From Octopus bimaculoides (taxonomy: Eukaryota), in the NCBI RefSeq assembly GCF_001194135.2, contig NC_068982.1:78068429-78102465 (forward strand): a stretch of 34,037 nt of DNA, written 5' to 3'. Both the position numbers and the translations under genes were made by a program. Below are positions 1 through 12,659 of this stretch, in pieces. The stretch's first letter is position 1, and each line of letters opens with the position of its first letter. The notes beneath the pieces were generated by a model. It was not told the DNA's origin. It did not search any database and was given only the letters and a program-made list of their open reading frames with translations.

Positions 1-689
1 GGACAAGACGCGACTTCATAGAAACAGTCCTTCCCACAAAGCAAATTAAATAAAATTTGGAATTTTTGCGGAGGGTTAAAATGGTAACAAAAACAGTACA
101 GTAAGAACAAAGCAGTAAAAAGAAACGATGACGGCTGTTATGCCAAGACGAGGTGAAGTGGTGAACGCTAAAAAACGAGCTTTGAGAAGAGACAGGCAAA
201 AGCACGTCTTGTCTTTAGGAAGGAAGTGGAAGAAAGAAAGATAGATAGCTGTTGGTCACGTGTGAGCAACGAGAGATTCAAGGAGGAAGAGTGAGATAGA
301 GAGAGAGGGAACGGTGAAGGGGAGAGGAGAAGAAAAGGGAAAGGGTGGGAGAGAAAAACAGAAAGGAAGATATAGGTTAAAATAACCACCTTACGGAATA
401 GAAAATATCCAATGAATTACTGGTTTGTTACCTATTATTTTGTTGTGAATAGTAATATTCCTAAAATAATGGGTTTAAGTATAAATCTTGGTTTATAAAT
501 ATTCAGTCTGTTGAGATGTTTTGGAAGAATAACATCTAATAACCTAACGATATGTCTTTTTTAATCCTCTGACAAGATTTTGCCCAATTAAATGTTTGGG
601 CAAAACAAAAACAGCTGTAAGTGAGCATGTTGAATTTTTGCAGTTAATAAATTATATTAATGCTACTTCTCCATTTTCTGGATGTTAAT

Positions 690-722
690 TTGTGTATATA
701 TATATGTGTGTATGTGTGTGTG

Positions 723-777
<55 letters not shown>

Positions 778-788
778 ATGTATGTATG

Positions 789-822
<34 letters not shown>

Positions 823-894
823 TTTATGTATGTGTGTATATATATATGTATGTATATATATGTATATATACATACATACATACATACATACATA
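690..894. repeat. Compound microsatellite (TG)n-(TATG)n-(TA)n-(CATA)n running into a gap
   Basis: Read directly; source of the VC/MYVC/HT ORFs. Confidence 0.97.
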
Positions 895-970
895 NNNNNN
901 NNNNNNNNNNNNNNNNNNNNNNNNNNNNNNNNNNNNNNNNNNNNNNNNNNNNNNNNNNNNNNNNATATAT

Positions 971-1128
971 AACGGGCTTCCACACTGCCTCCGTCAGCTA
1001 AATTCATTCACAAGGCATCTGCCAGCCTAAGGCTATAATAGAAAACACACGCCCAAAGTTCCACACAGTGGGACTGAACCCAAAACCACTTGGTTGCAAA
1101 GTGAGCTTCTTAACCATACAGCCATGCA
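971..1128 (-). mobile_element. tRNA-derived SINE, head type B (5' part)
   Basis: Reverse complement reads GCATGGCTGTATGGTTAAG...GGGTTCAGTCCCACTGTGTGG...GAAGCCCGTTATATAT, collinear with the copy at 21128-21290; Pol III A/B-box-like motifs. Confidence 0.85.
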
Positions 1129-1318
1129 ACACATTTGGTCATACGTCCTTCCATATTATTTGATTTGTTGTTTTCATCTCCCGTTTTACTCTGTAGTATT
1201 TCTTCGGCCTGGGTCAATTGTTGAACAGGTAATTGATTATTATCGATTTGTGTGGCTATCATCTCCTCGGTAATTTTAGAGTGTATTGCAATTAGGATCA
1301 ATATTTATATCTAAGATA

Positions 1319-1505
1319 AAGGCGGCGAGCTGGCAGAAACGTTAGCACTCCGGGCGAAATGCTTAGCGGTATTTCTTCTGTCTTTACGTTCTGAGTTCAA
1401 ATTCTGCCGAGGTCAACTTTGCCTCTCATCCTTTCGAGGTCGATAAATTAAGTACCAGTTGAGTACTGGAGTCGATCCAATCGACTGCCCCACCCCACCA
1501 AAAAA
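1319..1505 (+). mobile_element. tRNA-derived SINE, head type A
   Basis: AAGGCGGCGAGCTGGCAGAAACGTTAGCA (A box) ... GAGTTCAAATT (B box) ... CATCCTTTCGAGGTCGATAAATTAAGTACC core; several homologous copies in the window. Confidence 0.92.
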
Positions 1506-2305
1506 ACAGGGCGATGCATGAAGTACCACCTCCTTTCCGTAGAGTACCTTTACTAGGGTCCACACCACTTGGTCATGGGGTACCTTTAGTGGAATCTACT
1601 CTGTTTATCACTACCACCGAGACCTGGGATACTTTTAAGCGATGTCCACTCTGTTGTAAGCAACGCGGTCTTGACTTCATCTCAGTATTATGTCGTAGTA
1701 ACATAGAAACGGGGCTAATTTTTCCTATTTTTCTCTTTTTATGTCACAAGTATTCAGAAAATATTTCTAAAACATTTCTGTTAAGTATATGACGACCTTC
1801 TTTCAGCTTTCTGAAGTCTTAAGTGCGTTCATGTATTTCATGTTCCGTAATGTGATATCAATTTTAACATCACTTTAGGCCTCAATTTTTGTTCTTATGG
1901 AAGTGCAATGGCGGGTGGAACAGTCGTTTGGAATAAACGCCAGAAAGATGAAAAGTAAAGTTGATTTTGACGGGAGACTTAAAACCTATCAAGATAGACC
2001 TCAATAAAAAGGCCTAACTTAATAGGTCTAGATGAATAACTAAAGAGGCCTAGCTAAAGCGACCTCACTCAAATAATTCAAGCCATTTTATCAGATGCTC
2101 TAACAACCTCACGCCCTAAAAGAGGTACTGGACCTCTCTCGAGATACGAAACAATTATGCGCTGCTCTCCGCTTAATCACTTTATCGATTTTACCAAAAA
2201 GATGATGTTTACAGATGTAATAGATTGTGTCAGCAAAATGTTAACTTATAATGCTGTTGTTGTTTATAATTTCTAATATTATTATTAGATATTTGTAGCG
2301 TTTTC

Positions 2306-2538
2306 AAGGCGGCGAGCTAGTAGAATCGTTAGCACGCCGGCCGAAATGCTTAGCGGCATTTCGCCCGTCGCTACTTTCTGAGTTCAAATTCCGCCAAGGT
2401 CGACTTTACCTTTCACCTTTTCGGGGTCGAGAAAATAAGTACCAATTATGCACTGGGGTCGATGTAACCGACTTAATTTCTTTGTCTGTCCTTGTTTGTC
2501 CCCTCTATGTTTAGTCCCCTGTGGGCAATAAAGAAATA
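2306..2538 (+). mobile_element. tRNA-derived SINE, head type A, full length with AATAAAGAAA tail
   Basis: Same head and core as 1319-1505; tail ends CCCCTGTGGGCAATAAAGAAATA. Confidence 0.92.
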
Positions 2539-2659
2539 TATATAAGCTGTAAACTTATGAAGGTGATTATGTGATTCCTGTTTCCTTGTCGTTAATTAAG
2601 ACACACACATACACATATACACACACATACCTATGTATATATGTGTGTATGCGTGTATG

Positions 2660-2980
2660 TACCGCAAAAAGTCTCGCCTGTCATTTTAACATTTCTGCCA
2701 ATTACTTCAGCCATTGTTTTTCGAATTCGAAAGAGTATAAAGCAAAATCGACCACTTCGGGTTTTGCCCTCAGAGCACAGAGATCCTGAACAAGTACCAT
2801 GAAGCATTCTATTCAACAATCTAACAACTTCGGTAATACTCTTCATTATAACTACCCATAAGCTACTATGTCTCGATGAGCCACCTTTCTCTGATAAAAG
2901 TTTGACAAGGCCAGAAACTAGCCATATCGATCTTTCCTGTTAAGAGAGATAAGACTTTTGGTGAAAACTTGTTTACTATT
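2660..2980 (-). pseudogene. Possible very degraded Tx1/L1-clade ORF2 C-terminal remnant
   Basis: Stop-riddled minus-strand frame ...FMVLVQDLCALRAKPEVVDFALYSFEFEKQWLK*LAEML loosely parallels the C-terminus at 10348-10613; judged by eye only. Confidence 0.2.
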
Positions 2981-3224
2981 CAAGGTGAGGTTACATTGTG
3001 GGTTTATTGAAAGAGTATACTTTACATTTAAAATTATACCCCCATGCCACTAAAAACACTGTGCAATGTACTATTAATTCGTGTGTGTATTTGTGCATGT
3101 GTATATGTCTGCGTACTTGTGTGTTTATTAATTCTTTAGTTTGTTTTAACCATTGCAGATAAGTTATTGTTGGTACACTGCCTTCAAATACACTTCCACG
3201 CGCGCGCATGCACAGACGTTTACA

Positions 3225-3250
3225 AACACACACACACAGACACAAACATA

Positions 3251-3290
<40 letters not shown>

Positions 3291-3292
3291 TA
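3225..3292. repeat. (CA)n/(TA)n microsatellite
   Basis: Read directly. Confidence 0.95.
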
Positions 3293-3411
3293 TATATAAA
3301 ATTTAAAAAATGGCGAGGCTATATCCTCGTAGTCACTGACTATATATATATATTTGTTCATATTATTATTGGTTTATGGGTAACATGTCACATGTTGTGG
3401 TTTGTGGTTTG

Positions 3412-3624
3412 TTAGTGGTGTGTGTTAGTGTTCCATTCTAGTTTCCTATTCAGGCTAGGTTTCTCTTCTATTATGTGTGTAGCTTCAGTAATTTGTCTAA
3501 GTGCTGCATCACTGCTATGTGTAGATAAGATTTTAAGTTCTATGTTGTTGATTGAGCCTCTATGTTCTTGCTCAGCGTGCTGGTACAGAACTGATGAGTT
3601 CTTCCCTTCCTTAAGTTCCTTAAG
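3412..3624 (-). mobile_element. Penelope-like retroelement, C-terminal GIY-YIG endonuclease segment
   Basis: Stop-free 70 codons plus stop: LKELKEGKNSSVLYQHAEQEHRGSINNIELKILSTHSSDAALRQITEATHIIEEKPSLNRKLEWNTNTHH*. Fits the S-x-L-x-x-H...H...RQI-x-EA...P-x-LN-x-K-x-EW pattern of PLE GIY-YIG tails. No start codon, so not in the ORF track. Confidence 0.75.
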
Positions 3625-4504
3625 AACTCATCAGTTCTGTNNNNNNNNNNNNNNNNNNNNNNNNNNNNNNNNNNNNNNNNNNNNNNNNNNNNNNNNNNNN
3701 NNNNNNNNNNNNNNNNNNNNNNNNNNNNNNNNNNNNNNNNNNNNNNNNNNNNNNNNNNNNNNNNNNNNNNNNNNNNNNNNNNNNNNNNNNNNNNNNNNNN
3801 NNNNNNNNNNNNNNNNNNNNNNNNNNNNNNNNNNNNNNNNNNNNNNNNNNNNNNNNNNNNNNNNNNNNNNNNNNNNNNNNNNNNNNNNNNNNNNNNNNNN
3901 NNNNNNNNNNNNNNNNNNNNNNNNNNNNNNNNNNNNNNNNNNNNNNNNNNNNNNNNNNNNNNNNNNNNNNNNNNNNNNNNNNNNNNNNNNNNNNNNNNNN
4001 NNNNNNNNNNNNNNNNNNNNNNNNNNNNNNNNNNNNNNNNNNNNNNNNNNNNNNNNNNNNNNNNNNNNNNNNNNNNNNNNNNNNNNNNNNNNNNNNNNNN
4101 NNNNNNNNNNNNNNNNNNNNNNNNNNNNNNNNNNNNNNNNNNNNNNNNNNNNNNNNNNNNNNNNNNNNNNNNNNNNNNNNNNNNNNNNNNNNNNNNNNNN
4201 NNNNNNNNNNNNNNNNNNNNNNNNNNNNNNNNNNNNNNNNNNNNNNNNNNNNNNNNNNNNNNNNNNNNNNNNNNNNNNNNNNNNNNNNNNNNNNNNNNNN
4301 NNNNNNNNNNNNNNNNNNNNNNNNNNNNNNNNNNNNNNCTGGCCGAAATAAGATTAAGATTAATGTAATATAAAGCTGAAGCAAATTAACACCAAATATA
4401 CAGTGCGTGTGTTTTTATTGGCTAAACTGGCAATATGACCATCCCCAAGTACAACAACATCTGTTTCAACACACGATTTCACATCAAAAATCTTGCAAAA
4501 CAAA

Positions 4505-4590
4505 TATACACATATATATATATATATATATATACATACACACTGATACACACACACACACGCACACAAAGAAACACGCATACTCGTACA
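4505..4590. repeat. (TA)n/(CA)n microsatellite
   Basis: Read directly. Confidence 0.9.
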
Positions 4591-4716
4591 CACATACTTT
4601 AAGCTGTTCATGAAAACACGATTAAAATAAAAATTGGTTAATAGCTTTACCAGCCCTGCTTCGGAGTAAACATATCTTATTTCTGGTATTATATGAATTA
4701 CTCTCTCTACCTCTCA

Positions 4717-4747
<31 letters not shown>

Positions 4748-5089
4748 ACACACACATACACACACGCGCGTGCGCACAGCTACACCTGCACGCTCTTATG
4801 TATAGTCACATATACAAACATATTCAAACATGTGACGCAGAATGTGTGTCTGCTCAGTGGAGATTATGTACGGGTGTACGTACGAGCTATAATTATTACG
4901 TGCGTGTGTGCAAAGGCAAGAAACTTTAAAGTATATGTTTAAACATCTATGTAAAACACACGCACATAAGTATGTATGTGGAGGGTTGGAGATTAGAGGC
5001 AGAAAGAATGCATACAACTGTGTGTATATTTATATTAATGCTACACTCTAATGGTGTATAATAATGATAGGAGTCTGTACTGAAAACAC

Positions 5090-5090
<1 letters not shown>

Positions 5091-5130
<40 letters not shown>

Positions 5131-5745
5131 NNNNNNNNNNNNNNNNNNNNNNNNNNNNNNNNNNNNNNNNNNNNNNNNNNNNNNNNNNNNNNNNNNNNNN
5201 NNNNNNNNNNNNNNNNNNNNNNNNNNNNNNNNNNNNNNNNNNNNNNNNNNNNNNNNNNNNNNNNNNNNNNNNNNNNNNNNNNNNNNNNNNNNNNNNNNNN
5301 NNNNNNNNNNNNNNNNNNNNNNNNNNNNNNNNNNNNNNNNNNNNNNNNNNNNNNNNNNNNNNNNNNNNNNNNNNNNNNNNNNNNNNNNNNNNNNNNNNNN
5401 NNNNNNNNNNNNNNNNNNNNNNNNNNNNNNNNNNNNNNNNNNNNNNNNNNNNNNNNNNNNNNNNNNNNNNNNNNNNNNNNNNNNNNNNNNNNNNNNNNNN
5501 NNNNNNNNNNNNNNNNNNNNNNNNNNNNNNNNNNNNNNNNNNNNNNNNNNNNNNNNNNNNNNNNNNNNNNNNNNNNNNNNNNNNNNNNNNNNNNNNNNNN
5601 NNNNNNNNNNNNNNNNNNNNNNNNNNNNNNNNNNNNNNNNNNNNNNNNNNNNNNNNNNNNNNNNTATAAATGTAAATATATATGTATATGTTTGTATATA
5701 TATATATATATATACATGTTTATATGTGTGTGTGTGTGCATATAT
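5091..5745. repeat. (TA)n/(TG)n microsatellite spanning an N gap (5131-5664)
   Basis: TA arrays on both gap edges. Confidence 0.9.
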
Positions 5746-5799
5746 GTATGAATCCCAATATGTATGTTGATATATCTATGTGTATTTGTTGAAACACTT

Positions 5800-6560
5800 C
5801 ATGAGATAATTCAACATTTAACTTGAATCGCGGAAAAGCTCTCGAACGCCATATTTACACAATATGATAAAACCATAGACAAAGGAAAATCGCCTAAAAC
5901 AATCCTAAAACACAGAAAATGTCTTTCAAAGATGTTTAGGTTACGCAATAATATTTACACCACAATCTTAAAATCCCACGTGATACACCAGTTAGTGACT
6001 GGCCATCTACGCTGTAGTTTGACCAACTTAAATTAGCAGTAAAATCCTCCTCAAATTCGTCCTTATTTTCTTTGAAAGATGAAGGAACGCATTTGATAAT
6101 GTCATCCAGAATGCAGTGTTTAAATAAAAGGTACCCATCTATCGTTTGTCCTTTTCTGTTTTCTATACGAATATTCCCACAACGTAGAGAGAGCAGATCT
6201 TGCAGGGAGAAGATCTTTACCAAAACATCTCCCCAGGGTCCACAAAGTCAAGAAGAAATTCGTGAGTATTTGACGAGTCTCTCCATCAAAATGAAAAAAA
6301 ATTATCTCAAAACCCCACTTTATTTTTGAGAGTAACACCCCACTCTCGTTAGTGCCCGACACCTGTTTTGTTCCTCCTTATGATATTTCTCACTGAAACC
6401 CTTGTAGAATTCCCTAACATGACTTCACTCTAATCTGAAACCAACAAAACTTTTGATGTCTCCAGAGTTATATTTCGTACTCTCTGTTGTCTGTACACAT
6501 CAACATTTTCTAATTTTTACATTCAATGCCAATGTCTATCTCCTCACACACACATTTTAG
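5800..6560 (-). pseudogene. Possible degraded LINE (Tx1/L1-clade-like) ORF2 3' end plus UTR
   Basis: Frame-shifting minus-strand peptide ...STLWEYSYRKQK / GQTIDGYLLFKHCILDDIIKC...EFEEDFTANLSWSNYSVDGQSL loosely resembles Tx1 ORF2 C-termini; followed by a T-rich UTR-like stretch. No decisive motif. Confidence 0.25.
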
Positions 6561-6727
6561 CATAGACGAGACAAGTAGCGTAGCTAAAGTGTGAGCTGCC
6601 CTTGAGTTTCCTGTCCAGCCAATACAGGGTTATACAACAAACCCAGAAGTGCCGTCCGGGATGGAGTACCTCCAACGCGTTCTGTAGTTACGCTACTGTT
6701 TTATATTTCACCTTAATCTTCTGACAG

Positions 6728-6827
6728 GGTCCCATTGCGGCCGCTCTGCCTCATTGACATCAAGACGTAGTGAAGAAACACCTAAAAGATATACAAATAT
6801 GAAGAGGAAGCTGATGAATCATCGAGA
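6728..6827 (+). other. Candidate 100-nt internal exon (unverified)
   Basis: Branch-like CCTTAAT and pyrimidine tract before CAG| at 6727; |GTAAGT donor at 6828; one frame is open (SHCGRSASLTSRRSEETPKRYTNMKRKLMNHR); no homology recognised. Confidence 0.25.
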
Positions 6828-7189
6828 GTAAGTAGAAAAGGTCTTTGACATGTGGACGATAAAGAAATGGAACAGAATAGTCATAGGCAGAATGATTTAG
6901 AGAGCATCTTCAAAATAATAGATGTCACGGTTGGAGCGCCTTTGATTACATATATGCTCAATCAGAACTGGGTTGTGTCTGCACCACCAACACCACAAGC
7001 GCCATCACTATCACGACAGTGGTGATAANNNNNNNNNNNNNNNNNNNNNNNNNNNNNNNNNNNNNNNNNNNNNNNNNNNNNNNNNNNNNNNNNNNNNNNN
7101 NNNNNNNNNNNNNNNNNNNNNNNNNNNNNNNNNNNNNTGTCTGCACCACCAACACCACAAGCGCCATCACTATCACGACAGTGGTGATA

Positions 7190-7420
7190 ACAACATTAAC
7201 AACAAGAATAAGAAAAACTACGACTACAATAAAAATAACAATAACAACGACAACAATAACAACAACAACGATGACAACTACTACGACGACGACGGCACCA
7301 TAATAACGGCGTCAACAAAAGTGAAAACAATCACAACAACGATAAAGGTGACTAACGACAACAACAACAATAGTAGCAACAACGACGACAACAAAACCAC
7401 TGCTAACAACAACAACCTAA
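7190..7420. repeat. (AAC/GAC/AAT)n low-complexity tract
   Basis: Read directly; source of the poly-N and poly-T ORFs. Confidence 0.9.
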
Positions 7421-7639
7421 TGGCATAATTAGCATTACAGATGGCCAAGATGACAGAGTTTTCTGTAGTGAAGAGCCACAAAGTTGACGATGAATATAGC
7501 CGAGACCAAGACCCCCTGGTTTATGGGTTAACCATTCCTGAGAGACCAGTGTTCGTGTTCTTTCATATGTGCATTGCTATTTCATTCGCCCTGGGACTTG
7601 TCTCTCAAAGGTCCTGTCCATTCAGTTAACAGTGCAGCA

Positions 7640-7760
7640 TGGATGAGTGTTTCGGCTGTTATTGTTGTTGCTGCCGCTGTTATTTCTGTTACTGTTGTAC
7701 TTGCGTTTATTGTTGCTGTTGTTATTCTCGACGTTATTGTTATTACTGTTGCTGTCGACA
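7640..7760. repeat. (GTT/GCT)n low-complexity tract
   Basis: Read directly. Confidence 0.85.
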
Positions 7761-8451
7761 ATCTGTTGGATTCTGAGATATAAGTCAAGGCCAGAACTGC
7801 GCATCGTTGCTAGAACCTTCAGACTCCGTCGAAGGCTTCGTTGACGCTAATAACCTGAGTACCAATACAACGTAGATAAATATGCATACATACGTGGATA
7901 AATACACATACCTCTGCATTACAAAATGCCACAGGAAAGAAGCGTAGAATTACTTATTCTTAAAAGCGTAAGCAAGTTACATGAGTGGCTCAGGTCATTC
8001 ACGTAATGGTACAAAGATGATTTCTGCCGATCCTTGATGAGTCTTAAAAAATACGAAACTAGGAAATTTGATATTCATTCCAAGCAGCTAAAAGTTCTAG
8101 GGTTTAACTACGTGACCTGATGTCACAGCGAGACTAAAAATAGGCGTGTTAAACATATGACGAAGGATCCGTTAACATAAATATGTGCTTGCTGACGTTA
8201 AAGCAACTTCCCTTTCAACAAAGTCACCCTGTCTACACAACATCAAAAAATCAGCGATTATTTATGTGTCTCTCAAAGAAAACCAGTTTCAATAGATTAG
8301 AGCAGTGGTTCTCAAAGTGGGCTCCAGAAAATTTTTTGTGGGGCCCAGAATTTGTTAGGTGTGTCATAAGGTCGCGTTCTGTACGGAGCTTGCACTCAGT
8401 GCGCACGTCTAGAGTGACCTTATTTACTTTTGGCGACCGCTGCGGCTTGCC

Positions 8452-8778
8452 AGAGCAAGTGCCTCAGGTTGTAGATTTAGTCGAATTTAAAGAAAACAAT
8501 CTTTTGATGGGGAGACTCCAAAAGGAGGATTGATGGCATGGTTGGAAATGAAATTCTCATTTCTCGTCCTCTTCGAAAATGTGGCGCTCTTTCTTTTATG
8601 ATTTCCTACAGCGTGGTTGGTTGAAGCTGGATTTTCTGCAGCAAATGACGTCCTTACAGATAAAAGAAATGTACTACAAATTGAGAAGAGAGGGGATTTA
8701 CGAATTACACTGAACCAAGATATGAAGGTGGATCTTGACAAGTTGATTGGAAGACACCAATAACACTGTAGTCATTGA
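8452..8778 (+). pseudogene. hAT/Charlie transposase C-terminal dimerisation-domain remnant
   Basis: ...L*FPTAWLVEAGFSAANDVLTDKRNVLQIEKRGDLRITLNQDMKVDLDKLIGRHQ*HCSH*, the FPT..LVE.GFS...KRN.L...GDLR...H ending of ZBED5/FAM200-type hAT transposases; contains stops and a frameshift. Confidence 0.85.
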
Positions 8779-8929
8779 ACATTATTTATATTTTCCAATT
8801 TCTTTCATTAATAATTATTTCGCTGTATTTTGAATTTTATCTGTCTTTTTGGGTGAGAATAAGTAAAACAAATATCCTACCATAGCATTTTTTGGTATTG
8901 TCAATAACTGTCAAGTGGATGCATTAAGG

Positions 8930-9136
8930 AAGTGGTTCTTAACCGGTGTTCGGTCGAACTCCAGGGGTTCGGTGAGCCAAATCTAGGTGTTTGGCAGAAA
9001 GCCTCTGACATAAATTTATGTGTTCATTTTAGTTGCGATGTAAGGAGTACGGTAAGGGTTGGGTTAGTGGTCGGGAGGGTGAATGATTAGGGTTCGGCAC
9101 CTCCAAAAAGGTTATAATTACTTACAAGAACCACTA
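8930..9136. mobile_element. Small hAT-type MITE nested in the Charlie derivative
   Basis: AGTGGTTCTTAACC ... GGTT(+12 nt)AAGAACCACT termini; TSD not clean. Confidence 0.6.
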
Positions 9137-9817
9137 GATAAGAGCCCAGGTAAACCGACATAAATGGATATGCTGGACCACACCAGAGAGGGGCTAAATT
9201 TGTTTCAAATTCGGGCTGCATGGAAGTTGTTGGAAAAATTCGAAATTTCTATATCACAGACAAACTTTAACTCTTAAAGGACAGAATGATTTATGCAGGG
9301 AGCTGGATTTGTCTGTCTTTCTCTACATTAACCTTTTCAAGGCAACATAAAACTGGCTACTTATATTAAATCAGTAGTGCGAATAAGAGAGTCTTCATTC
9401 CAGTGGACCTCAGAGAAAAAGAGTTTGAGAACCACTGGATTAGAATTTACAGAAATTCTATTGTTAATCTCTGAGGAGAGACTTGAAGCAAGGTGATAAA
9501 TATAGTAGGAGCAGTTGCATAGCCAGATCTTTGCCACCCAAGGCGGGTGGGGTGTCTTTGAGTTTGTCCTTCTCACAAAGAACACAATACATGTATAAAG
9601 TGTCCCCCTCTAATAGTATTGTCACCCGAGGTGGATCAGCACATCGTCTCCTTTCAGCTATGTTCGAGGGGTGAAGGTGAATGTTTATAAACGGTTTTTA
9701 TTATCTTTGACATACTGGAAGTGAAAGGAAGAAAACCAAAGATAGACGAAACGCGAGTAGGGAGAGGTTCAAATTCTACGGTGGTTGGTTGTTGTCCTTC
9801 ATATTTTATCACCACTA

Positions 9818-10030
9818 AATCCTCTTCCTCCTTCTCCTCATCCTCCTGTTCTTCTCTGAATGGCTACAACCGAGATACGCGTGACAATGCTCTGCAAGAA
9901 TCTTTGTCCCGCATTTGTTTTGGCAAATCTTCAGCGTCATGTTCTATGTGTTTCTGTTAATAACATCAATATAGTTGAATGGTCTTCGTCCTCTATTTAG
10001 GAGTGGATGTCTCCAAAAGCACATAACTTC
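9818..10030 (-). mobile_element. RTE-like LINE 3' fragment with GAG/GAA-rich tail
   Basis: Minus-strand FWRHPLLNRGRRPFNYIDVINRNT / HDAEDLPKQMRDKDSCRALSRVSRL* fits the RTE C-terminal W-x-P...RGR-P...YID...M-x-DR-x-x-WR pattern. Confidence 0.6.
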
Positions 10031-10100
10031 TAGCATGAACTAATCGATAGTCACACACTACAATCAATGCAAGCAGTCATGCATTACTGTATTATAATAC

Positions 10101-10613
10101 TTTCTTTATTGGCCACGAGGGCCGCACACAAACTAAAAGGATGACACAAAACAAAGAACGCTTGGGATTTACATAAAACACGAGCAAACAATAAAAACAA
10201 TAACGATTATCAATTACGTCATAACAGTAAAATTCTCCAATAGTGGGAGCATCACTCAGGGACGACTAAAGAACCCTACAGATCCCAAGTCTCCCTGCAC
10301 ACCAGTGCATCATAATAAGTGCTCCTTTCTCTTCTGTAGATCTCAGCCTACAAGCGCATCATTAAAGTAGGTACATTTACTCGGACCATTCTCGCTACAT
10401 TCGCCCGCTTTTCAACAAATTTACTGGGTGACAGCATTTCCCTTTCCCCCTCACTTCCTTTCGAAGTGGAACCTAAAAAAGTTGATAAGGGCTTGGCCGA
10501 AGAGGAAAATGTCAGTCTTCAAATTTATTTTATTTGCGTCCAACACAACTTTCCGTCATAGTCATCAGGCGGAGGAAAACTGTCTGCCCTTCTTAACCAC
10601 ATGAAGGCGGCAC
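10101..10613 (-). mobile_element. Tx1-like (L1-clade) LINE 3' end: ORF2 C-terminus, 3' UTR and AATAAA
   Basis: EGQTVFLRLMTM..KVVL...LKTDIFLFGQALINFFRFHFERK...EMLSPSKFVEKRANVARMVRVNVPTLMMRL* (stop 10348-10350), then a T-rich UTR ending CCCTCGTGGCCAATAAAGAAA; family recognised from memory. Confidence 0.7.
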
Positions 10614-10798
10614 TACTGTATTATAATAATGTCTATCGTTGTGTTTGGATTTTTAAGTTTACACACAGTTTCATACACACACACGTGTGCGCACACGCAC
10701 ACACTTGATCTCATATGTAAATATGCGATTACATTTAAAACCATTTCCTTAGTAACGTTATACTTACATTACATACGTCACTGGAAAGTATGAACGTC

Positions 10799-11001
10799 AG
10801 CGGCAGGCTGGCAGAATCACTAACGCCTCAGACAAAATGCTTACCAGCATTTCTTCTGGAAAACGTTCTTACGGTCATACCCCGCCGACATCCTTTCGGA
10901 GTCGGTAAAAGAAGTACCAATTGGATACAGGGATCGATGGAATTGACTAACCCTTCCTCCTAAAATTTTGAGCCTTGTGCTTATAGTTGAAAAGGTTGTT
11001 G

Positions 11002-11057
<56 letters not shown>

Positions 11058-11058
11058 T
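10799..11058 (+). mobile_element. Diverged type A SINE with (GTT)n/(TTA)n tail
   Basis: Head GCGGCAGGCTGGCAGAATC, core CATCCTTTCGGAGTCGGTAAAAGAAGTACC, tail AAAATTTTGAGCCTTGTGCTTATAG followed by (TTA)n. Confidence 0.85.
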
Positions 11059-12522
<1,464 letters not shown>

Positions 12523-12659
12523 AGCGGCGAGCTAGCAGAATCGTTAGGGAGTCGACAAAATGCTGATCAGTATATCTTCCGGCTCTTTACGTTATGAGTT
12601 CACATACAGCCAAAATTAACTTTGCCTTTCATCTCTTCCGGGCCAATAAAATATAGTAT

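Larger units (their letters stand above)
8303..9437 (+). mobile_element. hAT (Charlie-like) non-autonomous DNA transposon
   Basis: Perfect 14-bp TIRs CAGTGGTTCTCAAA (8303) / TTTGAGAACCACTG (9424-9437); 8-bp TSD GATTAGAG / GATTAGAA (7 of 8). Confidence 0.9.

Noticed and set aside
1110-1792. ORFs 1110-1301 (-) and 1514-1792 (+)
   Set aside because: Short, no recognisable motif, no convincing splice sites, and they sit next to or overlap SINEs.
3591-3640. Hammerhead ribozyme at CTGATGAG
   Set aside because: No GAAA follows a stem II on either strand; CTGATGA is the antisense of PLE coding sequence (NSS) and part of a simple foldback.
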